DNA of 64,000 bases from Octopus vulgaris (GCA_951406725.2 OX597829.1:26660001-26724000); one strand, 5' to 3'. Positions 1-13,892 are shown, counted from the first letter of the stretch. A program made the numbers and translations. The notes: generated by a model not told the origin, from the sequence alone.

Positions 1-95
1 AGTATTATGTTCTATACTTACCTAACGCTTTATTCTAAAGTATATTGAATTCTAACGACTGCTTATTAGTGTTGCTAAACCAAGGGAAATCTTAG

Positions 96-246
96 GCTGT
101 ATGGAATGAAGTTTGTTTCCCAACCACATGGTACTAGGTTCGGTCCTCATACTGCTTAGCACCTTGGACATGTGTCTTCCACAATTGACTTGGGTCGACC
201 AAAAGCCCTATGATTACATTCGTGGAGAGAAACCGAAAGAAGCCCG

Positions 247-335
<89 letters not shown>

Positions 336-548
336 TTTCTGCATGTGTTTGTCTCCCATCACCGCTTGGCAACCAGTGTCGCTTTGCTTACATCGCCGTA
401 ACTTAGCGGTTTGACAAATAGTGACCGATGCAATAATTACCAGGCTTTAAAAGATAAGTACTGGTGTGAATTTGTTCGTCTGAAAACCCTTCAAGGCGCT
501 GTGCCCCAGCATGGCTACAGTCTAATGACTGAAACAAGTAAAAGAAAA
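96..548 (+). mobile_element. tRNA-derived SINE family A, diverged copy with internal (GT)n
   Basis: Same head (ggctgt..aaccacatggt..ggttc), internal microsatellite and tail (atgactgaaacaagtaaaaga) as other copies in the window. Confidence 0.8.
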
Positions 549-771
549 AAGATACATACGGGAGTTCAACAAGAGACTGCTACACAGTATTGAAGAATAC
601 TGTGTAGCAGTAGATTGCAAACCAGGCAAGGGTCATTACACTATCCCTCTGGGCGGCATTCTTTACAGGGAAAGCATTAGCAGCTGAACAGCATTCCATT
701 AAGGAGACCATCACACTGTTATTATAAATACAAAACAACACCACGGAAGAATCGACGTAAGCTTAAATAAT

Positions 772-945
772 AAACTGCATTAGGGGAACCGCGATATGGC
801 GAGGGATTACTGTATAAACCGCAATAGGGGAACCGCGATATGGCGAGGGATTACTGTATAAACCGCAATAGGCGAACCGCGATATGGCGAGGGATTACTG
901 TATAAACCGCAATAGGGGAACCGCGATATGGCGAGGGATTACTGT
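772..945. repeat. Four tandem 44-bp units resembling a Tc1/pogo (Tigger-like) right terminus
   Basis: Unit TAAACCGCAATAGGGGAACCGCGATATGGCGAGGGATTACTGTA; TAGG(G/C)GAACC recurs at 781, 825, 869 and 913. Confidence 0.85.
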
Positions 946-1080
946 GTACCACTTTGGTTGTTGCAACAGTATTTATTGCCTTTTCATTTGTACAGATGTA
1001 TTATGGGAGCACCCTTGTACAGTTGCGGGACAACTTTGTTCCAACCTAATATCAATGTATCTTTCTTCTTTTTCTTTCTT

Positions 1081-1464
1081 TTTTACTTGTTTCAGTCATT
1101 TGACTGCGACCATGCTGGAGCACCGCCTTTAGTCGAGCAAATCGACCCCAAGACTTATTCTTTGTAAGCCCAGTACTTATTCTATCGGTCTCTTTTGCCG
1201 AACCGCTAGGTGACGGGGACGTAAACACACCAGCATCGGTTGACAAGCAATGCTAGGGGGACAAACACAGACACACACACACATATATATATATATACAT
1301 ATATACGACAGGCTTCTTTCAGTTTCCGTCTACCAAATCCACTCACAAGGCATTGGTCGGCCCGGGGCTATAGCAGAAGACACTTGCCCAAGATGCCACG
1401 CAGTGGGACTGAACCCGGAACCATGTGGTTGGTAGGCAAGCTACTTACCACACAGCCACTCCTA

Positions 1465-1465
<1 letters not shown>
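1081..1465 (-). mobile_element. SINE family A, full length
   Basis: Near-identical to copies at 47290-47692 and 60271-60657 and to the reverse complement of 31826-32235; tRNA-like head at the right end. Confidence 0.9.
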
Positions 1466-1530
<65 letters not shown>

Positions 1531-1593
1531 CATATAAATGTATATATACACATACACACATATCTATATATACATACATATATATATATGCAT

Positions 1594-1806
1594 AGTTAAT
1601 CCAAACAAGAAAGCACAAAAAAAAAACAACACAACAACGCGAGGACGTGGAACAAATATAGTATTATTGGACGCTCAGGAAAGAAGGAAAGAATGCGGGT
1701 TTAACGTTTCGAGCGGAGCTCTTCGTCGGAAACATAGGAGAAGGAAAGATCCAGAGAAAGGAAGACAGAGGGGAAAAAAATCGCCAACGGTACACACGCG
1801 GTCACA
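1594..1806 (-). mobile_element. Penelope-like terminal (pLTR) fragment with a hammerhead-like motif, inserted in (TA)n
   Basis: Minus strand gttt-CCGACGA-a-gagc tcc gctc-GAAA-cgtt-aaac at 1699-1733; homologues at about 6113-6318, 9619-9798, 16797-16984, 27710-27885 and 61505-61690. Confidence 0.7.
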
Positions 1807-1815
1807 TTTATATGC

Positions 1816-1881
<66 letters not shown>

Positions 1882-1941
1882 TCATAGACGATGTAATTGG
1901 TCGTTATTAATATTCTTTAATATGAATATTCCTTAATTCTT

Positions 1942-2001
1942 CCTCTCTGAAGATGAGACATCTGCCATATGCGCAGTTATTCTAGAAACAATTGTAAGAG
2001 G
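1942..2001 (+). ncRNA. Minimal type I hammerhead ribozyme motif (Penelope type)
   Basis: cctct-CTGAAGA-...-GAAA-caattg-TA-agagg: stem I CCTCT/AGAGG, palindromic stem III, GUA triplet; stem II is weak. Confidence 0.55.
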
Positions 2002-2401
2002 CTGTATACACAACTTCTCTATTATTTACATGATACCTTTTACTCCAATAACTCCATTGCAACTACTCTACAATTATGCCTAAATTATAAATTACCTGCT
2101 CTAAAGTGATTCCACATTCTTTATCTGTTCATTCTTTCATTCTAATATACGTATACACACACACACACACACACACATACATATATATATATATCGTTTT
2201 TGGATTTGGTTTGCAAGATCCTTTATGCGAGTTCGTGTGTTGAAGCATATACTGTCGTGTCTGAGAGTCAAAACTATTAAAAAGTTTGCAAGACGCAACG
2301 AAAATTTTAGAAAAATAAAGAAGGAAATTAATGGAAATATTACCGGTGAGTGTGTTAAATTATAAGGCACTAAAAGAAAATGACTCTCCCCAGACACAAC
2401 C

Positions 2402-2447
<46 letters not shown>

Positions 2448-2451
<4 letters not shown>

Positions 2452-2742
2452 CGGTTGTACACTGTCAATCTAACACGAACGTGACTGTAGGGGGGTACAC
2501 CACCGCTGTATAGCCCTAGGAAGCATCGACGCCCCCCGATGGCCCCGACACATTTTTCCCTGTGTCCTTATACACATCCACGAAGGGGAGACAAACACCC
2601 CCGGCCGCCGGAGCTGCGACACAGGGAAAAATGTGTCGGGCCATCGGGGGGCGTCGATGCTTCCTAGGGCTATACAGCGGTGGTGTACCCCCCCCCCCCC
2701 TACTGTCACGTTCGTGTTAGATTGACAGTGTACAACCGTTCT
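2448..2742. repeat. GC-rich fold-back inverted repeat (MITE-like)
   Basis: Arms 2448-2566 and 2618-2742 are near-perfect reverse complements with a 51-bp spacer. Confidence 0.9.
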
Positions 2743-3172
2743 GCCGCCCCACCACCGTACATGTCTCTACGAGAAATTTAGAAATTTAGTATTTCTTATA
2801 TATATATATATATATATATGTATAATGTATACTATGTGCGTGATTATAATATTTGAAGATCTTCGTAAATTGAAAATTATTAACTACATAAAAAAATCTT
2901 CAAAGACAGAATGACAAATCTTTTAGAAAAAAATTGCCTGTAACATGTAAGCACTTTCACTGTTTGCAGCTTTTCAAACACGTGTATTATGGACTAATAT
3001 GTATAAAGGAAGTTATTTTTCGTAGCGATGTTGATTACTTCCGGTTTAGTTTCGGATTTATAGTTCTTATAAAACATGAATATTCTTCTTTTGCGTATCA
3101 TCGTTGATCATTTTCCTATATTTTAATAATAAGAGAATATTATGAATTTTCCATTTGCACAAATATCTAGCT

Positions 3173-3403
3173 CAGTGATTCCCAACGTGGGTCATATACC
3201 CCACCAGTGGGTCCTGAGGAAAATTGTGGTGGGGCATGGGATCTAAATTTTTTTTTTTTTTTAGTGGGACATGGAAGTGTGAAAATCTTTTCTTTTACAG
3301 CAAACATACTACACCAATACGTTTTTTCCCAACCTCCGGTTGGGTATACTTTTTTTCTGGGAAGTTATAGTGGGCCTGGGGAAAAATAGGTTGGGAAACA
3401 CTG
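3173..3403. mobile_element. hAT (Charlie-like) MITE
   Basis: TIRs CAGTGATTCCCAAC / GTTGGGAAACACTG; flanking 8-mers ATCTAGCT / GTCAAGCT match 6/8. Confidence 0.75.
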
Positions 3404-3599
3404 GTCAAGCTGTTCACTACATGGAATATTTCTAAGAAATAAATCTTTGATTTGTTGTTTACGCACCGTAACACGATATATTAATTTTGAGCCTATCTGG
3501 TCTATACTCGTATAATTCTCGCTGCATAGTAGATATGTGATGTAGTTAATGATACTTATTTGTTTTGCAGTTCATATTTGCACTAACTTTCAATTCCTT

Positions 3600-4270
3600 C
3601 CCAATCATTAATTTTTTGGTTTTTGCCTTATTCAATTATTTCACATGTCCCACAACGAAGGGCTCCTCAAAGTGTTACTCGCATTATTTTTTCTTCTGAT
3701 GTGAGTTTCACCTTTGTTAAAAGTCTTTTAAGACTTGGTGTTTGTCTTCCGTTGTTGAAAATTTGCAATTCTTATTTTTCTGAGATTTGATGACTTGTGT
3801 TGAATTGGAAGGAACAATTTGGCGAACGTAAGACGTTATGGCTTCCAAGATTATGGGTGACTGCAAAAGGAATATTTATGCTTTTTTTTTATTTTTACTT
3901 TCATTGTGAGTGTTTCTCCATATGATACAGATTGGGGTCTCTTTTACTTTGATTAAATTTTTCGGGTGGTTTTGTTTGTGAATGAACATTTTAAGTTTCT
4001 TCTTATGCGAGATAGGTGGAATGATCTAAAATTTAAGTATTTAAGTCCGTGTTCTTGCAGTAGAGATAGGTTGTAGCAGTTTCCTTTTCTTTAAATACCA
4101 GAATGTCCAAAAAAACTAAGAAAGTTCCCTTTCCTTCAGTCCCGTAGTGAACTCGATCTATTCATGAATGCCATTTGTATATATAAGGAATCTTGTAAGG
4201 TATTCTTTGTTCCTGTTATAAAATAATGAAGCAGCCATCCAGGAATCTTTTCCACGCCAAAGTTTACAGA
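3600..4270 (-). pseudogene. Degenerate Penelope-like reverse transcriptase C-terminal fragment
   Basis: Manual minus-strand reading gives WKRFLDGCFI (RYxDD-like), FLDI, KNTD..YLNFRSFH, RQTPSLKRLLTK and CGTC, in Penelope order, with frameshifts. Confidence 0.65.
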
Positions 4271-4614
4271 AACATATATATATATAGAAATTTCAAGCTT
4301 GGAGATTCAACGCAATGAGATGCAGAACTTTAATAAAAAAGACGGACGTATGCTGTTCAGTAAGTTCGAGGTAAAACACCTGCACCAACTTTCTGCTATA
4401 GGCATTTTCAAACAGTGTCGCTGGACCAAGACAAGTATTCACCACTGAATGCAAATATACTGTAGTAAAATAGCTATACGTTTCGGCATTAGGCCCTCAT
4501 ATACATGTATACATGTCTGCATGTATATATGAGCATATGCATGATGTATGAACATATGTATATGTTTGTATGTATGTTTGTATATATATGTACGTAGATG
4601 AATACATATATGTA

Positions 4615-4657
<43 letters not shown>

Positions 4658-4703
4658 CAAATCGCATATATACGTATAAATGTATATATACATATACATT
4701 CAA

Positions 4704-4745
<42 letters not shown>

Positions 4746-4761
4746 CACATACATACAAACA

Positions 4762-4796
<35 letters not shown>

Positions 4797-4807
4797 ATGT
4801 ATGTATA

Positions 4808-4867
<60 letters not shown>

Positions 4868-5980
4868 AATGCAAATGTCTATATATTATTATTATGTACT
4901 CGTATACATAAAGATATAGTATATAAGTATTCAATACAAACAGACGTGCGCGCACACACACATACACTCGTACACACACACTCATATACTCACACACGCA
5001 CACACACACGCACACACACACGCACACACACACGCACACACACACACACACTTGACACTGAATGATGTCACATTGTTATTCATACCACCTCTTATCTCAT
5101 TTGGCATTGCACGTCAGTATATAAATACCACCATATATATATATATATATATACACACATGTACAACCATACACATACACACACACACATATATATATAT
5201 GCATATACTCACACATGCGCCGCGTGTATATATACACACACACACGAACATATATATCTATATACATATATAGAGAAAGAGACAGACAGAGACAGAGAGA
5301 CAGAGAGCTACATGTATACGCATGTATATATTATATATATATTCAAATACTCATATATTACATATATACATACATACACACATACACACATATATACATA
5401 TAAACACTTCCTATTCATATATACACGACTGTTATCTTACTTTACACACCATGTCAACAGATATTTCATACATACATACATACATACATACATACATACA
5501 TAGAATCACACACATATACACATACACACGTATACATACATAAATACATACGTCCAATACACACACACACATACACACATACGTACGCGTCTGTTTTCTT
5601 AACTTATATATATACATGTCAAAGTCGACATCTGTTCACATCTTTTTCACATCTTCTTTGTATTTTTACTAATTTTTGTGTTAAGTTTATTGTATTTCTG
5701 TTTTACTGATAACAGATGACAGTGCTGGTGTGTGTAGATGTATATGTGCGTGTGAATGTATGTATATACATATGTATGTGTGTGTAAGTGTGTATGCGTG
5801 TGTGTGTGTGTGTCTAAATATGTGTGTGTAAATATGCGCGTGTGAAAGTGTGTATGTAGACATATATAAAATAAGAAGAATAATACAACCGAGGTGAAGA
5901 ACGAGTATATAGTGCGTGTGGTTATTTGACAAAAAATGACCATCCCGAAATATAACTATATATATATATATATACATATG

Positions 5981-6072
<92 letters not shown>

Positions 6073-6112
6073 GTTATATATATATATATATATATATTTA
6101 TATACTGTTGTG

Positions 6113-6313
6113 ACCTCGTGTGTACCGTTGGCGATTTTTTCCCCTCTGTCTTCCCTTCTCTGGATCTTTCCTTCTCCTATGTTTCCGACGAAGAGCTCCG
6201 CTTGAAACGTTAAACCCTCCTTCTTCCCTTCTTTCCTGAGCATCCAATAATACTATATTTGTTCCACGTCCTCGCGTTGTTGTGTTGTTTTTTTTGTGCT
6301 TTCTTGTTTGGAT

Positions 6314-6318
<5 letters not shown>
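6113..6318 (+). mobile_element. Penelope-like pLTR fragment with hammerhead-like motif
   Basis: Reverse complement of 1594-1806; motif gtttCCGACGAagagctccgcttGAAAcgttaaac at 6181-6215; flanked by (TA)n. Confidence 0.7.
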
Positions 6319-6407
<89 letters not shown>

Positions 6408-6428
6408 CATACATATATATATGTATAT

Positions 6429-6460
<32 letters not shown>

Positions 6461-7139
6461 GTGTGTGTGTGTTTGTGTGTATGTGTGTATAAATGGAACA
6501 AAAACGCAATGGAAGGTATTAAAATGTTCGGACAACACAAAATATATACGCATATCCATAGATTCAGTCATATCCATCCATAAGTACATGCATGCATATA
6601 TGTGTGTGCCTGTATGCTTCTGTGTGTGTGTGTGTGTGTGTGTACGTGCGCACATATATACATGCATATGTATACAAATATGCGTATATGTTTATGCATA
6701 TACATATATATCCATATATTTATTTTATGCACACAGACACACAGACACACATACATGTACACACATATGTTTGTATGTATGTACGTATGTGTGGTGTGTG
6801 CGTGCGTCCGTGTATGTGTTATGTATGTGTGTATGCGTGCGTGCGTGCATGTATGTATGTGTGTATGTATGCATGTATATACGTTTGTATGTTTGTACAT
6901 ATTTTCATACAGGCTCACATCCAACTGTCCATATATACATGCATCCTCACTTACACACATGTACACAAACATAAATATATACACATTCGCACTTTATACA
7001 TCCAGGTGCTTGCTTGAGGTTAAACATCAAAGCCTTAAACATCCTATTCAAAATCCCCATAAAACATTCCCCTAATTTGCTACAGATCCTAAAATCTGTT
7101 ACTGTAACACCTACAGGGGTCATAAAACGCCCATTTGGA

Positions 7140-7745
7140 ACCGTATGTCCGTGATCATTCAGCAGCATGCTAGAAATAAAAGCTAAGTGCCCTGAAATTT
7201 TAATTTTCATATAAAAATGAAGGACACCTTAAGAAGCATTCGTAACAGCAATGTTGTTCATATGTAGTCACATGCTTGCTAGAAATATCTGCCAGGTTCT
7301 GTTAAATTTGTATTACTTTTCATATAAAGTTGAAGACCATTTTAAGAAGCACGTCTAAGAACTTTTCCCATATATGGTCATCACCCATGCTAGAAATAAC
7401 AGCCAAGTAGCCTCAAACTTGGATTGTTTCTACATACAATTGAAGGACACATTACGAAAAATTTACAAAAGAATGTTTTCTATGTGTGATCACATGCTAT
7501 CCCAGAATTAACACCCAAGAGCTCATATATTTTGCTGTTTTTCAGATAAAAATTAAAAAGTATAGACACTAACAAAAAATATTGTCCTGTAGGTGGTTTC
7601 ATATCATGCTAGATAGAAATAACAGCCAAATACTCTCAAATTTGCATTGCATTTAATATAAAAGTGACGGACGCTATAATAATTTATCTCCATACACGGA
7701 CTTTCGGAGAAATAACAGCCAAATTTCTCTCATATCTACCTTTAC
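7140..7745. repeat. Ancient diverged tandem array, about 110-bp period
   Basis: Motif (GCT)AGAAATAACAGCCAA or variants at about 7169, 7278, 7389, 7502, 7614 and 7708, with similar downstream text (catataaa..tgaaggacac..gtcacatgc). Confidence 0.7.
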
Positions 7746-8346
7746 TGGTTTATGAAAATTTGATTATCTCATTATGAAAATTTAATTATTTTATGAGCAT
7801 CAAAGAGGGGCTTGTTGTTGTCCTGGATAGCAGCTAAGTTTATTATGTATTCTCTTAAGAACAAAAACGCAAGCCACGACCTATGTATTAGTATAAAAGG
7901 GTTTGTAAAATGAAGGATTTCTTGGGGCCTTCACTGGAGGGTCCGATTAACCTAGGGCTAAAGAAAGAAGGCAAGGAAAAAAAGGAAAGACCCAGAGAAA
8001 GAAATGACCCCTAGAACACTCATTTGAAATAACCCCTATCAAATTTCATTAACATGCTATTAGCTTCCGCTTTGTAAATAAGGAATACCCTAAGTGACCC
8101 CCAGGGACCTTTAAGCTCCCTAAAAGCGTAATATGAAAAGAAATGAGATCCCTAATATATAGAGGACAAGAATTTGGTAAAAAGACCCCTTAAGGGGGCG
8201 AGAAGCAAGAGGAAATGGGATACAAGAATGTACATATAGTGTATGTATGTGTGTATGAGTGTGTTCGTGTGTGGTGTCTGTGTATATGTGTGTGTGTGTG
8301 TGTGCGAGTGTTTGTTTGTGCGTGTATGCGTGTGTATGTGTATGTG

Positions 8347-8446
<100 letters not shown>

Positions 8447-8526
8447 CGCGTATGCATAGCAGAAAGTTTGAAATTACTGTCAAAATTTTGTTTGTAAAAA
8501 TTATATATATAGACGCAATACATGAA

Positions 8527-8609
<83 letters not shown>

Positions 8610-8711
8610 CATACATACATATATATATACATACATGCATATATATATATATATACATACATACATACATATAGAGATAGATAGATAGATAGATATTTAT
8701 GCATGTATGTA

Positions 8712-8749
<38 letters not shown>

Positions 8750-8761
8750 CATACATACATG

Positions 8762-8806
<45 letters not shown>

Positions 8807-8828
8807 CATACATACATACATACATACA

Positions 8829-8864
<36 letters not shown>

Positions 8865-9549
8865 TATATTTATGCATATATGTGTGTGTGCGTGTGTGTA
8901 TGTTGTATTTGTATATATGTATATATATGTGTGTGTGTGTGTGTGTGTATTCGTTTTTTTATTAATAAATGGCAGAAGTTACCGAGTAGCTCAATGACCG
9001 ACGAAACTTTTGGCCCTTGAGTCACTCTGAAACTTTCACAGATTATTCACGCAAAAAAACACGTATAGATATTCATGTTTTGAGGATTTCTGTTGGCCTC
9101 TACAAGTCAATATATACTCTCTCCAACGTCTCCGGGACCGCTACAACTTTTGTGTTATGTGGAAAATATTCGATCAATATTGTACAAATGATGTTGGCAT
9201 CAGTTTTTAAATCCGTCCAAGACTTGGTCCCCATGCTATCCGCCCACTACATTATGTCACAATTCCTTTACCTCAACCGGTCCATCTCTTTTTAATACCA
9301 TACCAAAATACGCCAAAACAGAAACGGGTCCCATAAAATTCAAATATACACTGGACAAATTTCTTCAAAAAATCCTGGACCAACCTCCTGCACGCGAATA
9401 TGTTTCCAACAATAATAATTATTTGCTAGAGTGAGCCATGGTGCCCCATATATGACTAAATAACTTCACCAGATGGTGCTATTGAGTTAGACATGGCCTG
9501 GGCTTATACTGGCTGAAACCTATCAAAATTATCAAAGTTATATGTGTGC

Positions 9550-9613
<64 letters not shown>

Positions 9614-9827
9614 TATAAAGTTAATCCAAACAAGAAAGCACAAAAAAACACAACAACGCGAGGACGTGGAACAAATATAGTATTATTGGACGCTCAGGAA
9701 AGAAGGAAAGGAGGGGGGTTTAACGTTTTGAACGGAGCACTTCGTCGGAAACATAGGAGAAGGGAAGACAGAGGAAAAAAATCGCCAACGGTACACACAA
9801 CCCATTCGCTCTTGAAAGGGATCCTTG

Positions 9828-9918
<91 letters not shown>

Positions 9919-9962
9919 TGTATGGATGGATGGATGCATGGATGCATGGATGCATGCATGTA

Positions 9963-10080
9963 TAGGTGCAGGCGTGACTCTGTGCTGAGAAGCTTGTTTC
10001 CCAACAACATGGTTACGGGTTCAGTCCCACTGCGCGGCACCTTGAGCAAGTGTCTTATAATATAGCCTCGGGCCGACCAA
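9963..10080 (+). mobile_element. SINE family A, 5' fragment
   Basis: Head ggttcagtcccactgcgcggcaccttgagcaagtgtctt, truncated before the internal repeat. Confidence 0.75.
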
Positions 10081-10087
10081 TAAAAGA

Positions 10088-10118
<31 letters not shown>

Positions 10119-10717
10119 CCCGGTAATTCCCAGGAAAACGAGGCTTCTCCCTTGGGTCCGGTCTCATAATTGTTTGTATGTAACCCTTAAAACGGTTTTT
10201 GTGCATTTATTGAGATATTGAGAATGCAGAACTGCCTCACACAGGATCTTGTTTTTAAGAATTCCCAGTAAGCTATAAATACCCAAACTGTGAAGTCAGT
10301 TATGTAAAACTTGAAATTAATTACCCGATAGTAAGAATTCAAATAAAGTAGCCTCGAAAATGGTTTTAATACGTTCCCAGAGTATATAGAACTTAGGAGG
10401 AAATACTAATAAGGTATGTATACTAAAATCGTAAAGCATGTTACGTAATAACAGGCTCATCAGATATGAGATATTAACAATTTAAAGTAAATAACTCTGA
10501 AAAAAGCTTTTGTGCGTTCACAGGGAATATTACCCTCAGCGGCGCTAGTGTTGTGGATCTATTGTTTAGAAAGATACTACTTACTTGTTTAAGCGCTATA
10601 CTGGATAAATTATGAAAATAACTCAAATAGTTCAAATACTAAGAAATAAGTATACTCAATTTGATTTATGCGAAATAATCTATGAAGATGAATGGGTTAT
10701 TTTCCTTCGCTAGATAT

Positions 10718-11011
10718 AAGGATCCCTTTCAAGAGCAAATGGGTTATTTCCCTTAGATGTTTAAAAATAATATATTAGTTATATGTAGTAGATATAGTAA
10801 TCCCTTCCATGGATTATTATATTTACTACATATCAAGTTTCATCAAAGTCGATAAAACGATGTAGAAGGAGTTTTATCGACTTTGAGGAAACTTGATATG
10901 TAGTAGATATAATAATCCCTGGGAGAGATTATTATGTCTACTACATATAACTAATATATTATTTTTAAACATCTAAGGGAAATAACCCATTCGCTCTTGA
11001 AAGGGATCCTT
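10718..11011. repeat. Fold-back inverted repeat, about 140-bp arms
   Basis: Arms 10718-10858 and 10871-11011 with a 12-bp spacer; the terminal 28 bp recur at 9799-9826. Confidence 0.85.
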
Positions 11012-11029
11012 TATATACATATATATAGT

Positions 11030-12263
11030 ATATAGGGGGAGGATTCACGAAAAAAACAAAAGACGAAGACAGGTGGTGTAGAAGACAGATATATGAGTAT
11101 AACGCTCAGGAATTGAAAAAGTCTTTTACGTTTCGAGCCTACGCTCTTCCACAGAAAGGAACACAGAAAGAAACAAAGAGAGAAAAAAATGTGTGTAGTG
11201 GCTACCGATCTATCATGGCGACTACCGGACAGAAGAGTCACACAGGAGAGCGGAGAAGTAGGGGAGATAACAAAGTAAAGATGATCCCCAAAACGAAGTT
11301 GCGTGTGTGTGTAAGAGAGTACGTATATGCGTGTGAAAGAGGGCTGGTGGTCTTGACGTGTGCGTGTGTGTATGTGTAGGTGAGAAAATGTGGGGATGGG
11401 AATTGGTCAGTGCTGGTGTGTGGGTGGTGTGTTGTGATGTGATGTGTTGTGTGGTATAGTGTAGTGTGGTGTTGTGTGTTGTTGGGAAGTGGGGGAGACG
11501 AGAGAGGGGAAAGTACGGGTGGGGTGTGGGTTAGGCTGAGGGTTGGGGTAGAGTTGGGGTATGTGGGTAGGCAGAGGGTGGGGGTAGAGGTGGGGTTTGT
11601 GGGTAGGCAGAGGGTGGGGATAGAGGTGGGGTATGTAGGAGAGGGTGTAAGGGATGGGATGGGGTGGGATGGCAAGGATAGGAATGTGTAGGGGTGGGTG
11701 GGCTTATGGCGGAGTGTTGACGATGAAGGGGAAGGGGAAGGTGGGTATGAGAGAAGAGAGAAAGAGAGTTAGAGAGAAGAGAGAAAGAGTAAGACAGAAG
11801 AGAGAAAGAGAGAAGAGAGAAAGGGAGTAAAAAAGAAGAGAGAAAGAGAGCAGGGGTGAAGAGAAGTAGGAGTGAAGGGAAGTAGGAGTGAAGAGAAGTA
11901 GGAGTCGGAGCAAGAAAGGAGAGGTGGGTGTGAGGAAGTAGGAGGGAGGTGGAGAGAAGCAAAGGGAGGAGGTTAGATGAAGAGTAGAGGAGAGTTGAGC
12001 CCATATGGCATAAGGGAGCGAAGAGAGATTAATCCCTGTTCACGGCGCAAACGGAAGTCAGGATGGCCTCTGTGCAAGGACAATCTGAACACGGACAGGT
12101 GTTGCAAAGAGTGACCGGTAGATCGGGGTATCATTACCGAGGCGGATGTCTCGGGGGTGTTTCCGTTTGTCCGATGTACAGAGAATAGCAGAGAGGGCAG
12201 TAGATGCAATAGATGATATTGGTAGAGGTGCAGGTGTAGGAATTGGTGATGCGATAGGGTCGA
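11030..12263 (-). mobile_element. Penelope (Neptune-like) element, internally deleted GIY-YIG plus 3' region with hammerhead-like motif
   Basis: C-terminal RSTGHSLQHLSVFRLSLHRGHPDFRLRREQGLISLRSLMPYGLN matches 14983-15438; motif ctttCTGTGGAagagcgtaggctcGAAAcgtaaaag at 11122-11159. Confidence 0.8.
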
Positions 12264-12284
12264 TGATATATATATATTTTTTTT

Positions 12285-12895
12285 TTTTTGATGCGACTCT
12301 ACTCTATCTGTTTTCTCCCCTATCGTTTTCTGTCTCATCCTCTAATTCCCTTTTTTCTCCCCCTTCACTATTTTCAGTCTGTCTCTTTCTCTCTCACCTT
12401 CTTTCTCCGTTTATCTCACTCTCGTTGCTCGCACGTGACCATCGTCCATCTTTCTTTTCTTCACGTGATCATCTTTCTTTTCTTTCAGTACTGTCCTAAG
12501 GACTGGACGTATCCTATTCCTCTCTTCTATCTTTTCTCTTGTCAAAGAAAATATTTCTCCAGCGTTCGCTATTTTACTCTCATTCCTGTCTAACAACCCT
12601 CCATGTTTGTTTTCGTTTGGTTTCCTTGTATGTCTCTGCTGTCCTGGTTTTGTTCCCAATTTTGACCTTCCATAAATCCCAAATTTTATATTGGTACTTA
12701 TGGGAACAACTGTCTTCGAAGACTCATATTGTCGTTCAATGCTCGAAATGAGGAGTAGATAGACAGCCGACAACTGATGAAGGGTCGTTCTTTATGTTAC
12801 TTGTCCTGTTTCCATTCGTTTCTCTCGTTATTTGCGTATTGAACTCACCCGTTTTCATATTATTGGTGACGTCCTGTACTCATATATGCATATGC

Positions 12896-12954
<59 letters not shown>

Positions 12955-13740
12955 AATAAGTAAAATATATGCATGCATACATATATGTACGTACCTACAT
13001 CTACATGTATATATACATGCATATATATACAGGACACCACAAATAAACGTAGAACTCAAAGAGAAACGAAAACATAACAACAAACTAGGAAACGGACTTT
13101 TTTTAACAACGAAAAAACACAGTACAAGACAAACAATACAAGGAATATTCCCCTTCATCAGCTGTCCCTAGTTCGACTCAATGCGTGCTTCGAATGTAAG
13201 GACAGAACACGACCCGTCGAATCAATCCTTCCTGCAAAAAAATTAAATAAAATTCCTTTGCAGAGGGGTAAAAACAAGGAAAGAAAAAAATCTGACAAGA
13301 AGAGGACGTAAAAGCAATACAAATAAAAATACAAATACAATTAAAATAGAAATACAAAATAAAAATACAAATACAAAAAAATACAGTACACATAAAGAAT
13401 AAAAACAGGACAATGAAACCAACATTGAGGGGGTTTTTTTAAGTCTAGACGATGGAAAAATTCAGAGCGCAAGAAAAAGTCGTGTTGACTTGTAGAAAGC
13501 TGCGAGTGAAAGGAAATTGGTGGTCGACTCAGCAGTGAGAGAGAGGAGGAGGAGTGAGAGAGAGAGAGAGATAGAGAGGAAAGGAAACCAGAAAGGGTGA
13601 AAAATAAGAAGGAGAGAGACAGGCAAAGAGGAAGACAGACAGGAAGGAAGGAAAGGATCAAGCAAAGGGTTACAGAGCTCGCGTCTTAATTATTGGAGAA
13701 AAGAAAAGAAACGAAACGACGCGAGGGCGCTCAGTCATAC
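12285..13740. mobile_element. Two related non-coding TA-inserted repeat fragments (probably Penelope-like termini) in opposite orientation
   Basis: 12285-12890 is similar to 33330-33655 and to the reverse complement of 31320-31720; 13030-13740 is similar to 26740-26970; both carry CTGATGAAGG. Confidence 0.5.
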
Positions 13741-13815
13741 AATAATTTAATAAATAAAATATATGCATACATATATACATATATGTACGTACCTACATCT
13801 ACATGTATATATACA

Positions 13816-13892
<77 letters not shown>

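Noticed and set aside
772-945. CRISPR-like appearance of the 44-bp repeat (also 22664-22760 and 41527-41623)
   Set aside because: No unique spacers of CRISPR length, no cas genes, and the context is eukaryotic.
12745-12790. GAAA...CTGATGA as a type II hammerhead (also about 13150 and 31445)
   Set aside because: I could not find complementary stems or a correctly placed UH triplet.
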